Shown here piece by piece: positions 46,261 through 55,105 of a stretch of DNA of 64,000 bases. Numbering within the stretch: position 1 is the stretch's first letter; the number at the start of each line of letters is the position of its first letter. Source of the DNA: Candidatus Shapirobacteria bacterium (GTDB lineage Bacteria > Patescibacteriota > Microgenomatia > UBA12405); contig JAQWEN010000001.1 of assembly GCA_028704885.1 (NCBI GenBank), forward strand, positions 587,107 through 651,106. Direction: 5' to 3'. A program made the translations under genes and the position numbers. Below the pieces are notes generated by a model, which was given only the letters and a program-made list of their open reading frames with translations, was not told where the DNA came from and ran no database searches.

Positions 46261-47076
46261 ATGAAAAAAATAATTACACAGGGAATACAGATTGCTGTTA
46301 TAAAAAATAACAAAGAAGAATATATTTCTTTAACCGATATGGCTAAGTTCAAAAACCGTGAACTAACTGGAATTGTTATTGCTAATTGGCTATCAACTAA
46401 ATATACTATTCAGTTTATTGGAGCTTGGGAACAAGTTAATAACCCAAATTTTAATGTTATGGAATTCAATAACATTAAAAATGAAGCCGGATCTAATGGT
46501 TTTATATTATCTTCTTCTAAATTGATTCAAAAAACAAATGCCATTGGTATTAGATCATCCACGGGTAGATATGGAGGTACTTTTGCTCATCGCGATATTG
46601 CTTTTGAATTTGCCACTTGGCTATCTCCCGAATTTAAGCTTTATTTAATTAAAGAATTTCAAAGATTAAAAATTGAGGAAAATGAAAGATTAGCTCTTGG
46701 TTGGGATGTTAAAAGACAGTTGACTAAAATTAATTATCGTATTCACACAGATGCTATTAAAGAAAATTTAATTCCTGTTTCAATCACTAATAATCAGGCC
46801 AAAATTATTTATGCCAATGAAGCTGATGTTCTTAATATGGCCCTTTTTGGTAAAACTGCTAAAAATTGGCGAGAGGAAAACAAAAATAAAGAAGGCAATA
46901 TTCGTGATTATTGTGATGTTACCCAATTAGTAGTTTTAGCTAATCTTGAGGGGATAAATGCTGATTTAATTCATCAAAATTTATCTCAATCAGAAAGATT
47001 GATTAAGTTAAACCAAATAGCCATTTATCAGATGAGATCATTGATTGGTAATCCGTCTATTAAAAAATTGAAGTAA
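46261..47076 (+). CDS. KilA-N domain DNA-binding protein
   Basis: YISLTDMAK, GRYGGTFAHRDIAFEFATWLSPEF, NYRIHTDAIK. Confidence 0.9.
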   Translation: MKKIITQGIQIAVIKNNKEEYISLTDMAKFKNRELTGIVIANWLSTKYTIQFIGAWEQVNNPNFNVMEFNNIKNEAGSNGFILSSSKLIQKTNAIGIRSSTGRYGGTFAHRDIAFEFATWLSPEFKLYLIKEFQRLKIEENERLALGWDVKRQLTKINYRIHTDAIKENLIPVSITNNQAKIIYANEADVLNMALFGKTAKNWREENKNKEGNIRDYCDVTQLVVLANLEGINADLIHQNLSQSERLIKLNQIAIYQMRSLIGNPSIKKLK

Positions 47077-48012
47077 TTATTTCAGATAGTTGGCGATGTT
47101 GGAGTTGTGCTGATCAAGAGTGGCGGCATAGTGCATTTGATTGTCATTGCCGGTAAGGTAGTAAAGATAATTTGATTCGGTGGGATGAAAAGCGGCATAA
47201 ATTGAATCATAGCCAGGGTTACAAATGGGGCTGGGCGGAAGACCGGGATTTTTATAGGTATTAAAAGGAGAAAGAATAGAAATATCGGCAGCGTCTAAAT
47301 CTACCCAATATTTGGCTGGTTTCTCTTTAGAATCGCGGGCATATTGAACGGTAACATCTGATTGGAGAGGCATATTTATATTAATTCTATTCATTAAAAC
47401 GCCAGCAACCCCCTGTTTTACTTTTAAAGTTCGAGCTTCGTGTTCAATAATGGAAGCTAAAACCAAAATTTGTTTGTCGGTTAGTTTGGTATTGGTGGCA
47501 TCGACTTTGGCTTGGGCAAATTTTTTATCAAAATTAGTTTCAATAACTTTGAAAATTTGATCGGCGGTGTAAAAAGTGGGGATTAAATAACTGTCGGGAA
47601 AAAGATAGCCTTCTTTGCCAGTAAAAGAAGTTCCTTTAGGAAAAGAATCAATGTTTTCTTCGACACGAGTGCCTTCGATGATTTTTAACCAATAATCACT
47701 GACGCCGCCTTTGGAAAGTTTGGTAATTAAATCCTGATTAGACAAGGAAGGAGAAATACGGAAAGTCCCCGCTTGAATTTTACTATTTAATCCCAATTTA
47801 TAGGCATAAAATAAAAAGGAATATTTATTCCTAATTAAGGATTTTGATTTTAAATTTTGGGAAATATTTACCAAACTGTCACCCTCTTTGATAACAAACA
47901 TAATATTGTTTTTATCGGTAGAAACAGCTTGACTGTTGATTTTTAGATAGGAAAAAATGACCGCTAATAAAATAGCGACAGAAAGGGTGATAATTGTAAA
48001 AACCCGAGCCAT
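47077..48012 (-). CDS. mltG: endolytic transglycosylase MltG
   Basis: EGYLFPDSY, ASIIEHE, MPLQSD, GLPPSPICNPG. Confidence 0.93.
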   Translation of the reverse strand: MARVFTIITLSVAILLAVIFSYLKINSQAVSTDKNNIMFVIKEGDSLVNISQNLKSKSLIRNKYSFLFYAYKLGLNSKIQAGTFRISPSLSNQDLITKLSKGGVSDYWLKIIEGTRVEENIDSFPKGTSFTGKEGYLFPDSYLIPTFYTADQIFKVIETNFDKKFAQAKVDATNTKLTDKQILVLASIIEHEARTLKVKQGVAGVLMNRININMPLQSDVTVQYARDSKEKPAKYWVDLDAADISILSPFNTYKNPGLPPSPICNPGYDSIYAAFHPTESNYLYYLTGNDNQMHYAATLDQHNSNIANYLK

Positions 48013-48014
48013 TT

Positions 48015-48212
48015 TTAGATCTCGTCGAATAAAGCTCGACGATAAGTGCCCTTAGCACCGTCGTAAATAAAAATACGACCACACTTGCAGGTGACAGTGG
48101 TTTTGTCTCTGACATCTTTTTTGACACCATGAGAAAGTGGAGTACCACAACCAACACATCGACCTTGTGATAATAACCAGGCTTGGATGGGGGAAATTAG
48201 ATTTTTGATCAT
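48015..48212 (-). CDS. small zinc-ribbon protein (65 aa)
   Basis: CVGC...CKC; tightly packed between yqgF and mltG. Confidence 0.7.
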   Translation of the reverse strand: MIKNLISPIQAWLLSQGRCVGCGTPLSHGVKKDVRDKTTVTCKCGRIFIYDGAKGTYRRALFDEI

Positions 48213-48227
48213 AATTTTATTAAATTA

Positions 48228-48599
48228 TTAACCGACTATTCTTCTTAAGATAACTGCGGCAGCCACCGAATCAATTAATTTCTTATAATCTTTCTTTTTA
48301 TTCTTGTTTTGAATGTAAATTTGCTGAGCTTCGATGGTGCTGACAGCTTCTTCAACTGTCTCGATATTTAATTTTAACACAGAACGAAGCTTGTCGACGA
48401 AGGCCTTGGTAATATCAGCAAAATAGCCTTCAGAAACACCAACGTAAAGACCATCAATTTTATAATCAGCAATAATTTTTTGAAGATTGGCAATAACTTG
48501 ATCGTCGTTTTTAATGGCAGGAATGGGAGTGATGATATCAAGAATGGAAACAGCCAAACCAATGTTTTTAGTACCGTAATCGATGGCGAGATAGTTCAT
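48228..48599 (-). CDS. yqgF: YqgF/RuvX pre-16S rRNA nuclease
   Basis: LAIDYGTKNIGLAVS, E..ST, IDSVAAAVIL. Confidence 0.88.
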   Translation of the reverse strand: MNYLAIDYGTKNIGLAVSILDIITPIPAIKNDDQVIANLQKIIADYKIDGLYVGVSEGYFADITKAFVDKLRSVLKLNIETVEEAVSTIEAQQIYIQNKNKKKDYKKLIDSVAAAVILRRIVG

Positions 48600-48618
48600 A
48601 GAAAGATTATACATTATT

Positions 48619-48653
48619 AACCCACCCCAACCCCTCCCTTGACAAGGAGGGTT
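48619..48653 (+). repeat. family-A palindromic repeat (intergenic)
   Basis: AACCCACCCCAACCCCTCCCTTGACAAGGAGGGTT. Confidence 0.85.
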
Positions 48654-48663
48654 AAAATTATAT

Positions 48664-49206
48664 ATGTCATCAAAACGAGGCCCTTGGAGAGTAATCGATG
48701 TTAAAAATGTTTACAAAAATTCGTGGATTGAAGTAAAAGAAGATAAGGTGATTAGGCCTGATGGAAATAAAGGAATTTTTGGAGTAGTAAAAGTAAAATC
48801 GGGAGTATCAGTATTACCCATCGATGATAATAAAAATATTTATTTAATTGAACAATTTAGATATGTTTTGGGGAAAAAAAATATTGAAGCAGTTAGTGGT
48901 GGTATAGAAAACAAAGAAAAACCTCTAGACGCTGCTAAAAGAGAACTTAAAGAGGAAACTGGTATTGAAGCAAAAGAGTGGGTGGATTTGGGTAAAATTA
49001 ATCCACTTACAATAATAGATTCAACAAATTATCTTTTTATCGCTAAAAATTTGACTTTTTTAAACGCAAGTCCTGAAGGAACTGAAAACATTAAACTACT
49101 GAAAATACCTTTAGAAAAAGCAATTAACTGGGTTATGGAAGGATTAATTACTAACTCTCTCACAGCACTTTTGATTTTAAAAATAAAAGAGTTAAAAAAT
49201 TCTTAA
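48664..49206 (+). CDS. NUDIX hydrolase (ADP-ribose pyrophosphatase-like)
   Basis: GG.E..E....AAKRELKEETG Nudix box, QFRY. Confidence 0.9.
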   Translation: MSSKRGPWRVIDVKNVYKNSWIEVKEDKVIRPDGNKGIFGVVKVKSGVSVLPIDDNKNIYLIEQFRYVLGKKNIEAVSGGIENKEKPLDAAKRELKEETGIEAKEWVDLGKINPLTIIDSTNYLFIAKNLTFLNASPEGTENIKLLKIPLEKAINWVMEGLITNSLTALLILKIKELKNS

Positions 49207-49922
49207 TTAACTGCAAGGCTGGATTTGATGATGAGGCGGCGGAGATAGGTGCCAGGGGGGCTACAAGTTATAAGAGTAAGATTTTTTTGATCGAAACGCT
49301 GCTCAAGAACTGAAAGATCGGTAGGTTTGACTTCAAACATTTCATCGACAATGTATTTGTATTGGACGCTATCATAGTCAATAATTATTTCATCGCCCTG
49401 CTCAAGTTTATAAAGAGTAGAAAAAATAGTTAAATAGGATTTTGGATTGAAAAATTGAGGTAAAACGGAATGACCGAAAACAACAGCATTACCAAGTTGT
49501 CCAGGAAGAGCGGTTTGAGGATATTGAATTAAACTTTTTTTTAAGTCCATACTGCCAATAGTAACAACAGCATCTTTAATTTTTAATTTGGGAATAGATA
49601 TTTTATAAGTGGAATTATTATCATTGGAAAAAAGTTGATTATTATCACTGGAATCAGCGATAAACCAATTATTAATTTGAGTGTAATCGGTAGTAACGGC
49701 GCCCAAAATATTTTGAGAACCGTTGTAAGATTTTAGAGATAAAGGATTAATCATCTGACTGAAACTAAGAGAAGATTGAAGCTGAAATTTAAGGATAGGA
49801 AAAATAGCTGAAAGGAAAAAAAATAGACCGACAACCATGAGAAGGATGGCTAAATTTTTCTTTTTAGCAAAAAACCTACTTTTTGGGGAGGGTGGTGATT
49901 TTTTAAGATAAAGATAGCTCAC
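49203..49922 (-). CDS. sortase
   Basis: N-terminal TM, FGHS, TLITC, downstream Arg. Confidence 0.88.
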   Translation of the reverse strand: MSYLYLKKSPPSPKSRFFAKKKNLAILLMVVGLFFFLSAIFPILKFQLQSSLSFSQMINPLSLKSYNGSQNILGAVTTDYTQINNWFIADSSDNNQLFSNDNNSTYKISIPKLKIKDAVVTIGSMDLKKSLIQYPQTALPGQLGNAVVFGHSVLPQFFNPKSYLTIFSTLYKLEQGDEIIIDYDSVQYKYIVDEMFEVKPTDLSVLEQRFDQKNLTLITCSPPGTYLRRLIIKSSLAVN

Positions 49923-52090
49923 GGCGATTCATTTTTAACTTCAATAAAAATATTTTTGGGGCTAAAAGGCAAAATATTGAAAATTTTAAAAGTAATTTTT
50001 AAATTATAGTCGTAAACTCGACTAATAGTTTTTTTAATTATCTCTTGAGCTTTTTTGGTAGTCCTACCAGAAATGTTTTTCTTGAGCAATTCGGTATCAA
50101 TTTTAGGTAAAGAAGAGCCTTTAATATTTAAACTGCCGGTAGCTTTATTAGTATCTAATTTGTCGATTTTTAGGGTGAAAACAAAAGAATCAGGATTTAT
50201 TTCTGAATCAGAATAACCGGTCTCTTTGGATAAAAATTGAGCTAAAATTTTATCTTTTAATTCGTTCTTGAAAACAAAAACACTAACTGTAGATTCGGCA
50301 GAGGCGGTTAAATCATCGGTTTCCTCCCCGACTTCACGATTAAGCTCAGTTTTGCCTTTTTTGGTTTGAATAGTTTCTTCAATGGCATCGTTTGAAGTAT
50401 TAAAATCCTGATTTATTTTTTGATCCGCTTCTTCTTTAAGTTTTATAGCCAATTGAGATTCGGCATTAACTTTGTCCTGCTGGCTGACAGCACTAATTTG
50501 ATCTTTAGTGCCACCAGTAAAATCGACATTACTTTTAACAACAATGGATGTTTCGGGGAAATCTTTAAATCTTAAGACAGAATCCTTGGAAATATTAAAT
50601 TCTGGACCAATATCGGAAGCAGAAATAACGGTTTTTACTTGACCAAAATTCATAGTGCCGGTTTCAAAATTGGAACTACTGGAAGCAATTTGGACGGCGT
50701 TAATTAATTCAAAATTTTGATTTTTGGAATCAATTAAAATTGATCCTTTGGGAATATTTTGAACTTTTTCGACTTTATTAAAAATCGTAACTTCACCAGT
50801 GGCTTTATTGCCAACAGTTTTTTGACCAGTAGTTTTTACGGTAACAGAAGAATTAACAGTTATATTTTTTTTGTCGACAGGAATAATTGAAGAAGTAAGA
50901 TCAGCAGCATCAGAATCAAGGGTAATATTAATAGTTTTGTCGAATTCATAGGGAGTAACAAAAAGAATTAAATTGGCTTTGGAAAGTAAAAGAGGAAGAA
51001 GGAGAATAATTAAGACGGCAGGAAAAATAAATAATAAATATTTATTTTTTAATTTGGGTAATTTAAAATTTATTTTTGGGAGCTTAAAAGAAATTGGTTT
51101 TTTTTCTTCTTCAAAACCCTTCTCCACCAAAGGCGGATTCTCCCCTTGATGTAGGGGATAAATTATTTCTGGTTTAGGTAAATCTTTAATAAAACCTAAA
51201 TCTTCAAAAGGAACTTCTTCTAAATTTTCTTCGGGAATTTCGGCTGCTTCTGGCATTTCTTCAACTTCTTCCAAATCTTCAACTGTTTTTATTTCTTCTT
51301 TTTCCTCTGGTTCTTCAATTTCTGGTGACTCAACTGGAGGTACAGCTTGATGACTAGGATTTCCACCACCAATCATTTGGGAAGTAATGGCTTTGAAAAA
51401 AATATTTATCAAATCGTGATCTTGATAAAGTTTAATCTCGGGAAAATGGAGAAAAGTTTCAATATTTTTTTTACCAACCCAAGGAAAATTTTTAAGATTT
51501 TCAATAATTGAATCGTTAACTTGGCCGTAAACATAAATTTGAGGAGGAAGAGTTGATTCCAAATTTAACTCTAACAAAGAATCTTCGACAAGCTGGGCAT
51601 TAAAATCACCATCAAAAACTTTTCTGATTCGATTTTTAATTTTACCAAGATAAATTAGAGATAATTCGAAGGCGTTTGATTCTAAATAAAGATTGATAAA
51701 ACTGGCGGGAAAATCGTCTGGTTTGTTGGATTCTTCAATAATGGCTTCGTCGTTAGACATAAAACCGGATGGTTTTAAATCGAGTTCTTTTAAAAGAGGC
51801 AAAATAACATCGGATCTTTCTTTGGTAATTTTGCCGTCTTGGCCAACCCAGGATGAAGGAATGACTAAGCCAACAAAAATCGGTTCTTGATCTTCGGAAA
51901 TGTCGGCACTAGCGGCAGCACTAGAGAGAGATTCATCGGCGGCTTTTAAAATTGATTGATGATTGTTAATATCACATTCAACTCGAGGGCCAATTGAGGC
52001 GACATAATAGCGGCCATTACCCCAGTTAATTAGAGAAACCAAAATACTGTCGGCTTCAATATAAAATAGCCAAAAACTATTAATACCCAT
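49919..52090 (-). CDS. CPR-type membrane protein (putative FtsA/PilM-like N-terminus, baseplate-J-like C-terminus)
   Basis: Acidic linker, TM, KATGEVTIFN...IPKGSIL...IGPEFNI...FTGGT pattern. Confidence 0.55.
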   Translation of the reverse strand: MGINSFWLFYIEADSILVSLINWGNGRYYVASIGPRVECDINNHQSILKAADESLSSAAASADISEDQEPIFVGLVIPSSWVGQDGKITKERSDVILPLLKELDLKPSGFMSNDEAIIEESNKPDDFPASFINLYLESNAFELSLIYLGKIKNRIRKVFDGDFNAQLVEDSLLELNLESTLPPQIYVYGQVNDSIIENLKNFPWVGKKNIETFLHFPEIKLYQDHDLINIFFKAITSQMIGGGNPSHQAVPPVESPEIEEPEEKEEIKTVEDLEEVEEMPEAAEIPEENLEEVPFEDLGFIKDLPKPEIIYPLHQGENPPLVEKGFEEEKKPISFKLPKINFKLPKLKNKYLLFIFPAVLIILLLPLLLSKANLILFVTPYEFDKTINITLDSDAADLTSSIIPVDKKNITVNSSVTVKTTGQKTVGNKATGEVTIFNKVEKVQNIPKGSILIDSKNQNFELINAVQIASSSSNFETGTMNFGQVKTVISASDIGPEFNISKDSVLRFKDFPETSIVVKSNVDFTGGTKDQISAVSQQDKVNAESQLAIKLKEEADQKINQDFNTSNDAIEETIQTKKGKTELNREVGEETDDLTASAESTVSVFVFKNELKDKILAQFLSKETGYSDSEINPDSFVFTLKIDKLDTNKATGSLNIKGSSLPKIDTELLKKNISGRTTKKAQEIIKKTISRVYDYNLKITFKIFNILPFSPKNIFIEVKNESP
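51114..51161 (+). repeat. family-A repeat inserted in-frame (read antisense as YPLHQGENPPLVEKG)
   Basis: AAACCCTTC TCCACCAAAGGCGGA TTCTCCCCTTGATGTAGGGGA. Confidence 0.75.
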
Positions 52091-52124
52091 ACATAATAGA
52101 ATACTATATTTTCAGAGATTCTGC

Positions 52125-53903
52125 CTATTTTAGGACAGCATAGATACGGCGTTTACCAGATCCGGCGGATTCTTCTTTGATAATTTCAAATTGACTAAGT
52201 TGAGATAAATTTTCGACATGAGGGCCAGTGCAAACTTCTTTGGAAAAATAATTTTCTTTGGAACCAATGGTGTAAACAGTAACTATTTCGGGGTATTTAT
52301 TACCAAAGAAAGCAAGAGCCCCCTGTTTTTGTGATTCAATAAAAGGCATAGTTTCAACTATTACTGGCAGTTTTAATTTAATTTGGGCGTTAACCAGATC
52401 TTTGATAGTTTTCAGTTCATCAGTTGTCAGTTTGTCAGGGTGAGTAAAATCAAAACGAATTCTTTCACTAGTAATATTAGAACCGGCTTGCCCGACATGA
52501 TTGCCTAAAATTTTTCTTAAAGCAGAATGAAGTAAATGAGCGGCGGTGTGAAATTTAGTAATAATTTCCGAATTATCGGCTAAACCTGATTTAAATTTAC
52601 CAGCAGATAAAGTTTGTGATTGTTTTTGATGATTTTCTTTGGCTTGATTAAATTCATCAATATTTAAAGTTAAATTATTTTTGGCTAATTCTTCTTGAAT
52701 CATTTCGACAGGAAAACCAAAAGATTCGTAAAGAGTAAAAGCTTCTTTACCAGAGACAGAGTGATTCTTCCCAAGAAGTTTATTAATCTCTGCCAATCCC
52801 TTGTCTAAGGTTTTGCGAAATTTATTTTCTTCAGCTTCTAGAAGAGAAAGTATTTTGTCTTTATTTTGATTTAAAGATGGATATTCCCCACCATAATTAT
52901 CTTGATTGTCCAAAACGGCTTGAGCAATATTAAAAATAAAGTTAGTTTCAATCCCTAAAATTTTTCCTTGTCTAATTGATCTTCTGATTAAACGACGAAG
53001 AACATAACCAGCTTCTTTATTACTAGGCTCGACACCATCAGCAATAATAAAAACAGAAGCTTTGATATGGTCGGCAATAATTCTAATGGCTCGAGTGTAA
53101 TTTTGATCGGAATAATTTTTGCCAGAAATTTCTTCTATTTTTTTAATTATTGGCTGCCAAATGTCGGATAAATAATTATCCTTAAAACCGGATAAAATAG
53201 CGGTGGTTCGCTCGACACCCATGCCAGTATCAACATTTTTTTGAATGTTGGGTGAAAATTTACCAGTTTCGTCTTTATAATAACCCATAAAAACATCATT
53301 CCAAATTTCAATGATTCTCCCCTGTTGACAACCAGTTTCAAATTCGACTGGGCCAGCTTCTGGTTGAGTGTCAACAAACATTTCAGTGTCTGGACCGCAA
53401 GGACCAGCATTGCCAGCTGGACCCCACCAATTATCTTTTTTGGGTAAATAGTGAATATGATCTTCGCTGATGCCAGAATTTAACCATAGATCGTGTGATT
53501 CGATATCTTTGGGGGCATCAACATCACCTTCAAAACAAGTGACGTGCAGATTTTTGGGGTCGATATTTAATTCTTTAGTTAAAAATTGATAACTCCAGGG
53601 AATCATTTCTGTTTTAAAATAGTCACCTAAAGACCAATTGCCTAACATTTCAAAAAAAGTATGATGATAAGTGTCGCCAATAGCTTCAATATCACCAGTA
53701 CGAACACATTTTTGAACATCAGTTAATTTCTGACCAAAAGGATGAGGCTGGCCTAAAAGATAAGGGACTAAAGGATGCATACCGGCAGAAATAAAAAGAG
53801 TAGTGGGATCGTTTTGAGGAATTATACTGGCAGAAGGAATTTCGACGTGACCTTTTGATGTAAAAAAATCGATATATTTTTTTCTTAAATCTCTTGCATT
53901 CAT
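52125..53903 (-). CDS. alaS: alanine--tRNA ligase (short form, no C-Ala domain)
   Basis: HHTFFEMLGNWS, DTGMGVER, HTAAHLL, CTGPHV, RRIYA. Confidence 0.95.
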   Translation of the reverse strand: MNARDLRKKYIDFFTSKGHVEIPSASIIPQNDPTTLFISAGMHPLVPYLLGQPHPFGQKLTDVQKCVRTGDIEAIGDTYHHTFFEMLGNWSLGDYFKTEMIPWSYQFLTKELNIDPKNLHVTCFEGDVDAPKDIESHDLWLNSGISEDHIHYLPKKDNWWGPAGNAGPCGPDTEMFVDTQPEAGPVEFETGCQQGRIIEIWNDVFMGYYKDETGKFSPNIQKNVDTGMGVERTTAILSGFKDNYLSDIWQPIIKKIEEISGKNYSDQNYTRAIRIIADHIKASVFIIADGVEPSNKEAGYVLRRLIRRSIRQGKILGIETNFIFNIAQAVLDNQDNYGGEYPSLNQNKDKILSLLEAEENKFRKTLDKGLAEINKLLGKNHSVSGKEAFTLYESFGFPVEMIQEELAKNNLTLNIDEFNQAKENHQKQSQTLSAGKFKSGLADNSEIITKFHTAAHLLHSALRKILGNHVGQAGSNITSERIRFDFTHPDKLTTDELKTIKDLVNAQIKLKLPVIVETMPFIESQKQGALAFFGNKYPEIVTVYTIGSKENYFSKEVCTGPHVENLSQLSQFEIIKEESAGSGKRRIYAVLK

Positions 53904-53924
53904 AGGGAGATTATACCTTATTCC

Positions 53925-54212
53925 CTATTTTTTTGGTTTGACAAACATCTTGGGAGCTGGTTTTTTGGGAGCAGTATATTCAACTTCTTTTATTTCTTTA
54001 ATAACTTCTTTTTCTTTTTCGCCCCTAGTGGATGTTTTGATTTCACCGATTAAATCTTGAAAAAAATCTTTAACTTTTGATTCAAAATTTTGGATAACTT
54101 CTTTATCACTATTTTTATTAATCAAAATAGCCGAAAGAGCACCAACAGCAGCGCCAAGACTTAGACCAAAAAGAAAACCGGAATTAGTTTTTTCCTCTTC
54201 TTTATTCGTCAC
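53925..54212 (-). CDS. YtxH-like protein
   Basis: FLFGLSLGAAVGA N-terminal motif. Confidence 0.6.
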   Translation of the reverse strand: MTNKEEEKTNSGFLFGLSLGAAVGALSAILINKNSDKEVIQNFESKVKDFFQDLIGEIKTSTRGEKEKEVIKEIKEVEYTAPKKPAPKMFVKPKK

Positions 54213-54462
54213 TTTTTTTATTTTTGTTTAAATTACTAAAAAAAGAAAAACCATTTTTTAAACCCATCAAAACTTCAGAAAAAGAAGAAATTGGTTTGGC
54301 CACAGAATCGGTAATTAAATGAGTGTCGTCGAGAATAATGTTGGTTTTTTTAAGAGTAACCGAAAGATCTTTTAATAAGCGAATAAAATAAATGCCAGCG
54401 ACAATAATAATGGCAGTAATGACAATTAGACTGACGATGATGACAATTTGAGTGATATCCAT
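54202..54462 (-). CDS. DUF948/YtxG-like small membrane protein
   Basis: N-terminal TM plus amphipathic helix, adjacent to the YtxH-like gene. Confidence 0.55.
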   Translation of the reverse strand: MDITQIVIIVSLIVITAIIIVAGIYFIRLLKDLSVTLKKTNIILDDTHLITDSVAKPISSFSEVLMGLKNGFSFFSNLNKNKKSDE

Positions 54463-54491
54463 ATAATCAGTATAAACTATTTTTGAAAAAA

Positions 54492-55097
54492 TTAATTGGT
54501 TTTTAAGACTTTTTCTTCAACAGTGGTTTTGCCACTGGGTGATTTTGATTCAACTGTAATTTTTAGTTCACCGCCAGAACTAGCTTGAATTTTCTTTTGA
54601 AAATTACCCTTATCATCAACGATAATCAAATCCTGATTAATACGAATAGTAGAATCTGGATCGGTGATACCGGAAAGATCAAAACTATTATTGGCAATAT
54701 TTTCCGGCCAATTAACCTTTAATTTTGGCGGACGATTAAATTTTAGGTATTCTGAAGTAAGATAAAAAATAAAACTGACAAGAATTAATCCGATTAAAAT
54801 ACTAAAAGTAAATTGAGGAGTAAAAGAGAGATTCTCTTTTTTAAGTGATTTGTTTTTTTTGTTTTGTTCAAAATCACGACGAAAAAAAGATAACATTTCC
54901 TGGCCGTTTAATCCCAAATAATCGGCATAATCTTTGATAATCAAAGAACAATAAGGCTCTTGAGGAAAACATTTAACCTCCTCGTCTTCGATGGCAATTA
55001 AATATTTGACGGGAATTTTTAATTTTTTGGAAACGTCCAATAAATCATATTCCTTGTCAAGACGGGTGTTTTTTAAAATAGATGAAGTTCGAAGCAT
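54492..55097 (-). CDS. RodZ-like HTH-TM protein
   Basis: KLKIPVKYLIAIE...YADYLGL HTH, TM, Ig-like C-terminus; follows ftsK. Confidence 0.75.
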   Translation of the reverse strand: MLRTSSILKNTRLDKEYDLLDVSKKLKIPVKYLIAIEDEEVKCFPQEPYCSLIIKDYADYLGLNGQEMLSFFRRDFEQNKKNKSLKKENLSFTPQFTFSILIGLILVSFIFYLTSEYLKFNRPPKLKVNWPENIANNSFDLSGITDPDSTIRINQDLIIVDDKGNFQKKIQASSGGELKITVESKSPSGKTTVEEKVLKTN

Positions 55098-55105
55098 AAT
55101 TAAAT

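Noticed and set aside
44790-47084. Target-site duplication around the orphan/KilA-N pair
   Set aside because: Only AATTATTT is shared, which is expected by chance in AT-rich DNA.
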